Shown here in pieces: positions 34,221 through 44,534 of a stretch of 64,000 bases of DNA (positions are counted from its first letter, which is position 1; each line of letters opens with the position of its first letter). A program made the translations under genes and the position numbers. The stretch spans positions 463,974-527,973 of the forward strand of contig BCKZ01000018.1 in the NCBI GenBank assembly GCA_001600815.1, in the 5' to 3' direction. The stretch is from Alloascoidea hylecoeti (taxonomy: Eukaryota). The notes under the pieces are model-generated. The model did no database searches. It was not told where the DNA came from and saw only the letters and a program-made list of their open reading frames with translations.

Positions 34221-37216
34221 TATTAATATGTTACTGTATTATACCAAAGATTAGCAAGTCGATACCTATAATATTTTATTCTAACGTCAGTAATTAGTCT
34301 AACAAGTGATAGCTTCTGTAATCCAAATGGCGATAATTTGTTGGTTGGAGATCCGGAATGTTTGCCTCCACCAGTAACTGTATATTTGATGTTCTTATCT
34401 GCGGATAATATCACTAAGATACTACTATCGATATATACATCTATCATAATAATTATCCTATGATATCCTGAAGTAATTCATCTTGTGCTCGAACCGTTAT
34501 TACCCTGTAACTAGTTGCGAAAATTAAGGTTACTTTCAAGGAAAATCACCGAAACCCACACTTTTATATTAAGACAGAATAATCTAATCTGAGATAACTT
34601 ATTTGCTTTCTTGCATGCAGCTATAAGTCACATAAATAAAACGAACTACAGTGTAGAATAAAGTGTATTGCTTGTGGCTGTGATTAATCGCATGATGGTT
34701 TCTTAGCTGTCATATTGGTCCTTAGAGCTGGTTACTGTTATGTGCCGATAATTTGCAATCCAAATCAGTCTCTGCTGTAACAAATTTAAAGATTTTGATT
34801 CTGTTACCGAAAATAAACCGAAACAATGGCCATCAGGACATATATATGTATAATTTAGTTAAAGATTTCAATGCAGGTATTTGTAGTATTGTCTTTTCGG
34901 AATCACATCAATACCAGGCCTGCAAACCATCAAAATCATCAAATATTGATTCCGCTTCCGGAAAAAGAGTATCCATTATTATAACTCCCCTGAAAGCTTC
35001 ATGAAGCTTGCAAATACATAGACCGCTATATCCGAATACATTTAAGACTGCCTTCGGCTTTTTGAAAGGACTAAAAGTACAAAACATTTCAACTTACCAC
35101 CCGTTCTATTATACAAAACTATGTAGTTTGACCTTTGCCGTTTATTTATGCACCAGAGTCGTTTCTCGGTACTAATAAATAGTTGCATATACATGTGAAT
35201 CCTTCTGGAATTTGTGAATAGATATATTTAATTAGAAATTTAATCAGAAACATTATTGAAAGTAACCCTGCTACACACTTTTAACTCGGTGTTAGGATGT
35301 CAACCCTAAACCTTTTTCTTTGGAGTCAGCTCCCATTGAACTTTACATTACTTCTGCAGCCGAGAATAATAAATTTAAGTGTTGGGTGGTTGAGCCGTAT
35401 TTGTGTTCTATCAGCTAATACCGAACAAGATTAATTTGGTTCTATATGTTTGATAAATTGATCATGATATGATTATGTAAGTTACGCTGATATGGGTTAA
35501 CAAAGAAAAAGATTCACTTTTAGCAAAATAATCTTCATATGCATATTCTAGATCTGCGGCTAATTATATTATTAGCTTTTGTAATCTTTAAATTTTCTCG
35601 ATAAAAAAACTAACTATTCAATATTGTAAATGTTATAATTCCAAATAATAGTAAATCTCGAAAATTGTGATTCCAACCGGTAGGAGATCAACAAGGTTCA
35701 GCCTATTTAACATCAATTTAGCCCTAAATTAATTCCAAATTTTGGGAATATTAGCTTCGAAAATATATTCTGGGTAAATAATGCGAGATTGAAATAGAAA
35801 GCAGTCATGAATATGATTTATTGAATTGTTGATATTAACCATGGGTAGACTCGCTCGAAATTTTGGCTTTAGGCTATAGATTGGCCATTGATAAGAAACT
35901 AGTAGATTTTTACCGGATGTGGTGCCCGGAATTACCAAAATCTGATGTGCTAACCACTACATGACCCACGTAATTAAACTGACTATTGTAGAAGAGCCTA
36001 ATATAACCTCAGTGAATTTCTTCTGAAAAATAAATTTCATGTGTGTGTTAACAATAAATTAAATAATGTGATGGTGTAGAATGCTTTTTCTTATGAACAA
36101 TATACCAATGTAAGGTTTTATAACATATAATTCAGTTGACGTTATATCTTCCCATTTCAGTAGCAAATAATCCTTTCATTTATTAACTATCAGACACTTA
36201 AATAATTTAGTAAGTCATTTTACCATAACTATAATACATTACATATTTCATGTCATGGACATGAAAATAAAAAAGTAACTCAACAATTAAATAACCTCAG
36301 ACAGGTATATAGTAATAGCCAAATAATTCTTCATTTGGGAAACTGAACGTACTAACTGGAAAGGGAACAATTAAAAGAGTCGAAAATGAGATTTTATGTC
36401 ATCCTTAAACGCAGGTCATAATTAAGATCATGCATGTGTACTATTTTTTCAATTACAAAAGTAATTACACTTCCAATGATTAGATATTCAATTTCAGAGA
36501 TTCGTTTTATTTCTTGTTCCTTTTCTTTAAAGAATATGATAACTCCGCGAAAGCCGTTCAAATTCTTGAAAAAATAGCTCATCCCCATCATGATCAACAG
36601 ATAGATTTCTGATCGACAAACTCCAACATTGGAACGTATAAAAAATATAAATATCAAACACTTTAATCTTAATGACTGTATATTGATCAACCAGTAATCG
36701 TAAGGTAATATTCCAATTAAATTATATGTGTCTCAGAGAAACTGTTTCGTGACTCCTATCAAGAGATAGAAATGCGCGCATTGGTCGCAAACATATACGA
36801 TATCGCTTCTCTCCACCCTGGGGTTTTCACAAAGGATACGCCGTACGTCATAACTACATTTCATTCAAGGGATCTGGAGTTTCAAACTGAAAATAGTCTG
36901 GAATTGGCGTATCTGGTGGTAAGAAATCTACCGGATGGACTAGTACTTGATATTCCAAGTAGTTGTGGCGTTTATTGTTAATTGTCTAGCTATCACGGAT
37001 ACACATGTGTTCTAAAATAGATATCTATTTGTGATACCACGATTTATTAAACACTAACAATAAACAAGTCATATGTTGTCCAATAACACTGCAATTGAAA
37101 CGTATACCTAATTATAAGATGTATATGCCTTAATGTTAACCTTTAATTTACATGTATAAATTGCAAGTGTAATATTTTATAAAGCTATAGCAAGTTAAGA
37201 GAAATTAAACAAGACT

Positions 37217-37576
37217 AGAGAGGGGGTATGTGATATAGATACCGCAGGGTCGAGATTAAACTGGTGCCTTTTTCTCAGGTACCACTCCACAGACTCACAC
37301 CCTAAGACACCTTATAGATAAGAATGTATATGGAATATTCTTGGAATATAAAAGGCCTTTTCTGAATGCGAAGAACCAAAGAATATTTATAACATAAGGA
37401 AGTTAAGGTCCTTAAGCCTTTTGGTATGGACTAGAATTTGGAAAAGTGGTCGTATTACTTTGTAGAGAGTCGTTGCAATTGGAGTTCCCAATACTCCATG
37501 TTCTGTAGAATGGCAGCCGCTTAAGATATCAAGGATTCTAATACTAAAAATACTAAACATAAGATGTCATTTCACA
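37217..37576 (+). mobile_element. Possible retrotransposon 3' LTR with polypurine tract
   Basis: AGAGAGGGGG (37217-37226) precedes TGTGATAT (37229) ... ATTTCACA (37576): 7/8 terminal inverted match, 348 bp, internal TATAAAAGG. No second copy or TSD seen. Confidence 0.3.
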
Positions 37577-40506
37577 TATGTTATGCTGAATTAATTGAAC
37601 GTTATATACTACTTCAAAAACATCTCAAGGCCTTGTCGAGTACTCAGTAAAGTGGCGACCCGAATGTAAAGCATCAGCAGTAGCAGGCTCAGTACTACGT
37701 ATATCATCATTTATCTTAATACATTCTCTTGATATATTCGTGTTTTCTATTAGAGTATTGCTATTAGAGTTTTATTATTAGAGTTGGAAACCAGTTTTGA
37801 ATTAATCCGAGAAACCTTACTTTTATATTGGTGTTACACATTTGCTTTGCTATGATTAGCATTGATTATATTAAATTTGTCTCTCGACCACAAGTTTCTA
37901 GAATAGTAAGGATCAGATTATATAAATAATATGTCAATAAATATTCCCAAATTTATGATGCATGGATACTTTTATTTCCCCACTTGATTATATCTTATTG
38001 TACAGTTTACAAACGTTAACGAATCTATTAAACAGTCAAATAAAACCATGCAATACATGCAGGAATTCGTCAGGTTGAACAAGTGAAATGTTTATCTCAA
38101 CTTCAAGAAGTTGTCCTCTTACCATGCTATCAACTTATCACCAGCTGTTGGATTTTTATTGAGTAAATTTGTCTTGCCTTTCCTACACTTACTCAATTAG
38201 TTAATTTTGCTTTTAAAAACCTCCGGGTCTTACAGGTGTCACTGGAAATTGGACTGATTGTTGATCGCTCAATGATAATACTACATTTAGCATACACTGT
38301 AGCTATAAGTCTTCCCATATATTGTGGAGGTTCAGCCATTCCCACCACCAAAAGATATACTTTTCAAAAAATTATTTCATCTCATCTGTATTGGAAAATA
38401 TTCTTCCGAATTACTCATCAAGCTTAAGCAGGTTCTATAGTGGTTGTGTATTTATAGTTAGTAGTTACGGACTTCACCGCTATGCTTGGATTAAACGGTC
38501 AAATCCCTGTCTTCATGCACCCCGATATGATATTACAAGAAGTTAATCCTTTGCTCCTTGCATAGACCATTGTTGGCATAAAGTGTTTTTCCGCTGGAGA
38601 CTTAATTTTGGTGCGTAGAGAATCTGTTGAACTTGTGGAATTCCACCTTTAACGGAAAAAAGCAGGTAACCTGAGGCATCTAACTATAGGTAGTAAGTCG
38701 TAGAAATGACCAGAAAACACCATAATATCAAATCTATTAGATATGAAGCTTCGATTAGCCAAAACAAAACGTGGGAAGAATAACCATCTTCGATAGCTAG
38801 ATACCGTTTCCTGCATGCGGTTGATGTGCTTGACGAAAGTTTTCTCAAACTACTCCGAAAAGAGCTCTAAATTAATATACTCAGACCCTATTATTCAATC
38901 TAAAATATCTTTCTATATACTCTTATCATCTTTCATTCCACTCCTCCCAGCTTTCTTACCTTTCACGATTGAGAGTTGGGACATTGCGTTTACCGCTGAC
39001 TGCTAATTATCTTCTAAATTTCTCTGGCCACTAAATGAAACGATAAAAAATTTCTCTGTTGGGCCCCTTCATATTTGCATATAATAAAGTAGTGTAGTTA
39101 GCCGATTCTCTTCGGCGTTAGAATTTTGAAACGCTTCTATAACTGCTGATCTGGATTTTGCAAAATCGATACGACATTGGATCATTTAATGGGCCAAACC
39201 CGGCATTCCTAGTAATCTCTCTGGTCGATCTATTTATCCCAAACCGACTTCTCGCCATGGTGTTTAGCAGCCTCAATTCCTTGTCCTTTTATGCAACTTC
39301 TCAGAGGAATCTTGCGGATGTTTCCATTGTTGGTGGTCGGAGAATGGAGAAAAAGAAAACGGGTTTTAGAGATCAGAGGTCATTGGTCGACTACATTTTT
39401 CCGTGAACCCTTATACTATATGATTAGGTATGGAAGGTAATGTATATCATTAAACAGAATTACTGGTATCTTACTTACTTGCTTACTGAGGTATATTTTC
39501 AAGATGTCTCTCTAGATGTCTCTACAGAACATTATATTATTATTGCTCTTTAATTAATATATTATTAAAATACAAGTGCAATCAATCTACTTTGAGTTAT
39601 TATAGGTTATACTAGTGATACCTATCCTTGAGAAATACATACGACACCGCTAGCCGATATAAATCGCGATTTGTTTTGTAGAGCTAGTATTAGTGCACGT
39701 AGTCACTACAAATCGAAGAGATTAGATTCATAGTCGTATGACCATTCACTCGTAATTGATTATCACCTTAATATATAAATGGATAAATGATCTATAGTTC
39801 TATAGGCCTGTAATATACCGGTAAATATATTAATAAAAGGATCAACATCCTTTTATAGTATCCTAACACACTTCATAATATAAGTATTAATATTTACTAT
39901 TTCATTCCCCGATTATCGTGATCTCTTTTTATGCAGGGATCGCGGAGTAATAATAGTTTTTTTTCAATAACTTAACTATATAATTAGATATAGATAGATA
40001 ATGTGATTTTGTAATTTGATATAGAATTCGTGTTTATGTCATAACTTCAATATCAAAGTTAGGTTTTAAGAAGATTTAGTATTAATCCCTATATATTTAA
40101 TATTCCTAAAATATTGATTGACATTTTCCTTATGAATCAGAAAAATTTAAATTTAAAGATTATTTAAAGCTATTTAATTAAAAATTAAGCATTTAATATA
40201 AACTCATAAATAATTAAGATTAATCATAATTTACAATGTGAACTAATCATGATACCAATTGTAATACAAATTATGATTAAAAAGTTATAAAAACATATCA
40301 ATAAAAGCTCTTTTTTAGAATTTATAAATATACTGATAGAACTTAAAATAACTATGAAGCTTTCGAGGCTTTGTGAATCTTAACTTAATTTTCATCAAAA
40401 ATATTGATCTAAATTTTTCTATCTAGTATCTATATATTTACTCTGCCAGAAAGTAAGAGATATAGTCTGATTTTCTTGAACTTAGTTATTTATATCATTT
40501 CGTGTA

Positions 40507-41305
40507 ACTACTCGGAAAATTGCAAACACTACTCGGAAAAATTACAACTACTAAAAGTATTTAAATTTTAAAAGTTATTATTATTAATCTAGTTATAGCT
40601 AAGTAATGAAATGATTATAATGGGTTCAATTTTAAAATTTTTAATTATAGATTTCATGATCAGTAGTATAATTCAATAGAATCAATACCGGTACCATATG
40701 TAACTTCTTTATTGTATTTTGAAGATTAAGATTACAAATCAAATTTCAGGGCCTGTAAAATATTCTTTCTAGTGAGAAGATATTCTCCGAACCCTATTTG
40801 TGATTTATTATATAAGCTTTACGAACTTGGGAATACATGAAAGTATATAACTGGTTAGGGACGAATGAATTATGTACTTGAATTAAAAAATATAAAAACA
40901 ATAGTCAAGTACCCGAAGCCCCTTATCATAATTAAACATTAGATAACAAATGGTCAGTCCACGTCCCCGGACTATTAAACGTGGAGGTTATGGAGAATGA
41001 GTGGGATAAATATCAATATTAATGGAAACAAATCTGGTAAAATGATAATATAGTGGCATGGTGTATGATGTAAGTACCGTCAGCTAGGTTAATTATAATA
41101 TTTAACAGCTTATAAAATTAGGGCTGTTGCGATCATGCATGACATGCAGTAGTATTAATAATATATTATCAATGTTTGTCCGCACAAAATTCCGATATCT
41201 GCATGTGCCTACATATAGCTGGTTAAGCGGAAGGATATTAATATGAAATGACAAAAACCTCGGTCCCATTGAGAAATTATCCGGAGCCTTGTGTCGGCCG
41301 GATCA
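40507..41305. promoter_or_regulatory. Cluster of Rgt1-type CGGANNA sites upstream of STD1/MTH1
   Basis: CGGAAAA at 40513 and 40534 (inside a 13-bp direct repeat), TTCTCCG 40783, CGGACTA 40968, TTATCCG 41277 and CGGATCA 41299. Confidence 0.55.
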
Positions 41306-41444
41306 ATTTTCAATTCTATTTAAGATGCATGCATATGCCATGGAAACTAATGAGTCCTTTAACGGAACCACTGGAAAAACATCGCTCTATTTTTGCTTTG
41401 TAATTGTTTCCTCTTTCCTCCTCCTAGGTTTGCACAATTCAACA

Positions 41445-42644
41445 ATGTATCCCACATACACGGGTCGGTCTTCCACGTCCCCCACGGTGCCAGACCAATA
41501 TTTCCATAATGCCTTAAATGAGGTGGTCTCGTCACTCAGATTGCAGAACGAAACATCTGGCAATCGTGCCCTTCACGGCGCCCAATCACAGTTGACAGAT
41601 AATTCTGGCTTCCATCACGACTCGGTTTTATCGCGATGTTCAACAATGTTCTCCCATCAGTCATCGGCTTCCTCACTTTTCTCTGCCAATTCCACTCAAT
41701 CTTCTAGTACTACAGGCACATCCACTTCCTTATATTTCGACTACAAAAGTCCCCAAGAAGACGAAACATATAACGACAACAATTCAAACCGACAGTGTCC
41801 ATTATTCATAAATATCGAAGATGCTGTACCAAGAAATTTTGAAGATTTATATACAGCTGACCTTTTGCAAGACTCAACAAATCTAATAGGGGGAAGACCT
41901 AAATTTACCCAAAGGCCCATAATAGATTGGGAATTAAATGACCTGAGATCCTTATTCTTTATTTCATCATTGCAGCCTGACTGGAACAACACACTTCCCA
42001 TCATCATAACACCCCATTACACTTCTCAAATATCGACATTCCTCCGCAAACAAACATCCCCAAGAGCTTTTAGATTTGTATTATTACCATTAACTGCCTC
42101 CGATGAAGAAATAGTACATGCCTTATCTACAAGTGATATTTATATAGAACAACAATTTGATACGGAATATCTTGTGAATACCGCCAAATCTGTAATGAAA
42201 TTCGCAAGAACTCGCCATAACACATTGAACAGAAACCACCAAGGTATAAACATTTTAACAAAAGCGGAATGGAGGAATCTTATCGAGAATTATTTGTTGA
42301 ATCTCGGATGTGAGGCTCAATGCAGGTATGAATACAAATTAGCTTGTCATTCTTTAAAAGACAAAATGAAAATACAGAGGGCGAAAGATATGGAAAGAGC
42401 GGAGCATAATGCTGATACCGCTAGCATGAAGAGTTCAGGATCCAAGAAATCATTATTAAAAAGAGCACTATTACAATCCTCACAACCTTTAGCTGCCATC
42501 AAAGAAGTTGGAACAAGTCAAATAAAACATCACACCCAAGAGTCGCGGACGCTAAGCGGCGAGCAGAAAAGATGGATATGGATACAGATCCAAGCAGACA
42601 TCTACCAAAGACTTGGATTAAATTGGCAGCCAGACAAAGTCTAA
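41445..42644 (+). CDS. STD1: Std1/Mth1 glucose-signalling co-repressor, about 399 aa
   Basis: RPKFTQR.IDWELNDLRSL, LLPL..SDE.I...L..SDIY.E, K.EWRNLIENYLLN...EAQCRY and Q..IYQRLGLNWQPD. ATG 41445 chosen for its ACAATG context; in-frame upstream ATGs exist. Confidence 0.92.
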   Translation: MYPTYTGRSSTSPTVPDQYFHNALNEVVSSLRLQNETSGNRALHGAQSQLTDNSGFHHDSVLSRCSTMFSHQSSASSLFSANSTQSSSTTGTSTSLYFDYKSPQEDETYNDNNSNRQCPLFINIEDAVPRNFEDLYTADLLQDSTNLIGGRPKFTQRPIIDWELNDLRSLFFISSLQPDWNNTLPIIITPHYTSQISTFLRKQTSPRAFRFVLLPLTASDEEIVHALSTSDIYIEQQFDTEYLVNTAKSVMKFARTRHNTLNRNHQGINILTKAEWRNLIENYLLNLGCEAQCRYEYKLACHSLKDKMKIQRAKDMERAEHNADTASMKSSGSKKSLLKRALLQSSQPLAAIKEVGTSQIKHHTQESRTLSGEQKRWIWIQIQADIYQRLGLNWQPDKV

Positions 42645-43540
42645 CTACTCTATTATATTTTACTCAATGATATTCTTTCTTTCTCTTTCAACGATTAATA
42701 TTAATACCCACATTTGCCACATTTATCTAATATTATAAATTTAGATAGATGACGAATATAACGATGCATTTTTTTTCTTCTTTTTGTCTTATAATCACCA
42801 TGTTACCACGATTATTATTTGATTTTGATATAGATTCATTTATTATATATTTGTTTTTGTTTTTTCAAGTTGCTTGGTTGAGTTTCATTCATTAGATAAG
42901 ATATAATAATCTGAGCTAATTATAAAGGCCAAACTATATCAAGCATTCTTTTCACTTACATTCGGCCACGCCGATTATTAATTATTGGACATTTCATAAT
43001 TAATATTTGGCCGCATTATTACCGATATGACCTGCTCACATGCAGGGATATGGAACAACTTAGGGTGCGTATATATGTATATTTAATGCAGGGTGCGGGA
43101 AATTAAGAAAATAACTGGCCGAAGATTACTACATCGCGTGGCCGAATTATTAATCTAAAAAGTGGGCGAATATTTTTTCCAATGTTGGCGAATTAGATTT
43201 CCAAGAGGAGGTTACCAATATTAATACAATATTTACAAATACTTATTTTCATAATCTTTTATTACTACAGCTTTTTAAAATGATATACATTTGTTCGAAT
43301 GTTTAATTAAATACAATTACAATTAGAACAAAATTATCCCCAATGGTTTGAATTGATCTATAATCTTAAAAGGCATGTAGTATAAGCTTTATGGTGATGA
43401 AAACCAATTTTAAATTTAATTTAATTTAATTTAATAAACTATAAAATACAAGTTCTTTGAGTGTTAGAGGTTGACCCCCGCAAATAGGTGTTTTTGTTGA
43501 TTGGGGATTAATGATTCCCTGAATTAATACCCTAGTACAT

Positions 43541-44308
43541 TTATAGAATATTCCAAATATCTTCACAGCCATGACAAAACTTACTGCAAGCTACTGAAGC
43601 AGATAACGGATATTCAGAAACACCTATCTTTTCCGGATTCCATTCATCCGCAAAGTTATCTGGTCCTCTAGCCATAGCTCCAACAAAGACACAAATACTT
43701 TCATCTTCATCAACTGTTTTAGCAAAATCCTGAACTCTTTGTACTGGTGCATCAAAACTGAGAGTCACAAGTTTGCATTTGTCTGGTAAATGTGAGGTAA
43801 TTGGGTTTTTAATAACTTTCAGCAGTTTTTCTTGTGAATTAACCGATCGTATAGATAATTTATGTAGTAATTGGACCATGAGTCCGGAAAACCGCTTAAA
43901 AGTTCTAGGAATCCTAATACTTGGGTTGACTTCTATCAATACTCCCCGTGCGGTATGGATATAAACTTGCAATTTTCCAGCTTTGTTTATTGGAGAGTCC
44001 AAGAGGGTTAACAGACATTGATGTGTGATATCAGGTCTAGCTTCTGAAACATCTCTTCCCATCTTTTTTAGTAACCCCTGATGATCATCACAGTTCAACA
44101 GAGCAAATTTATCTCCGCCAGAAGTCGACATTTTATGAGTTTCTAACCCAGCCTGACATAAGACGACAATTAATCTCTGAGTTGTTTTGTCTTTTGATGT
44201 TAATGTTTTTGGCTTTGTGTGACTTAAAGATGCTGGGTTTAAAGCGGGAAGCTGTTGCTCATGGAGAATTTTATTTTGCTTATCTCTAGCTTTACTATCG
44301 TCAACCAT
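43541..44308 (-). CDS. EMG1: 18S rRNA pseudouridine N1-methyltransferase Nep1/Emg1
   Basis: [53 protein letters not shown] and [13 protein letters not shown]. Confidence 0.98.
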   Translation of the reverse strand: MVDDSKARDKQNKILHEQQLPALNPASLSHTKPKTLTSKDKTTQRLIVVLCQAGLETHKMSTSGGDKFALLNCDDHQGLLKKMGRDVSEARPDITHQCLLTLLDSPINKAGKLQVYIHTARGVLIEVNPSIRIPRTFKRFSGLMVQLLHKLSIRSVNSQEKLLKVIKNPITSHLPDKCKLVTLSFDAPVQRVQDFAKTVDEDESICVFVGAMARGPDNFADEWNPEKIGVSEYPLSASVACSKFCHGCEDIWNIL

Positions 44309-44335
44309 TATGAAAGTATAATTTGTCTATTGTTT

Positions 44336-44524
44336 TTAGGGAGCAATTAGGGAGGAATTAGGGCCGATTTATATGCAAATCGTTGCGCTGATTTACCGTT
44401 TTAAAACCTTTTGAAATAAATTTGTTGAGTTCCAAAAATTTTCTAACACTTGCAGGTGAAATATTTCACACACGTGACCACATGATCTGATCATGATGAG
44501 TAAAACTTCAGATCGCGTACGCGT
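44336..44524. promoter_or_regulatory. EMG1/LCD1 bidirectional promoter: 3x TTAGGG, RRPE-like AAAAATTTTC, Cbf1-type CACGTGAC, MCB-like TCGCGT-ACGCGT
   Basis: TTAGGG at 44336, 44347 and 44358; RRPE-like at about 44434; CACGTGAC at 44471; ACGCGT at 44519. Confidence 0.55.
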
Positions 44525-44534
44525 CCCAAGTATA

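Noticed and set aside
34994..35009. 16-bp perfect palindrome AAGCTTCATGAAGCTT (and TAATTAAGCTTAATTA at 57998-58013)
   Set aside because: One or a few 8-bp-arm palindromes are expected by chance in 64 kb of AT-rich DNA.
37748..37784. TATTAGAGT three times at a 14-bp period (also AGTTTCTATAATG twice at 57247)
   Set aside because: Simple local tandem duplications; too short and too few for a CRISPR-like or functional array.
34715..39406. Short ORFs in the gene-free block (34753, 35729, 36394, 36772, 38236, 38815, 39158), including weak endonuclease-like SVDH and integrase-like EANIP words
   Set aside because: No family motif strong enough to call and spacing inconsistent with one intact element; kept only as part of the gene-desert finding.
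40510..40700. Minus-strand TGTTTGCAATTTTCCGAG next to AT-rich DNA, resembling point-centromere CDEIII/CDEII
   Set aside because: Spacing is off by one, there is no CDEI (RTCACRTG), and the CGG sites are better explained as Rgt1-type.
43501..43539. Small hairpin followed by ACA (similar case at 60674-60715)
   Set aside because: No usable pseudouridylation pocket or partner hairpin; the first lies in the EMG1 3' flank.
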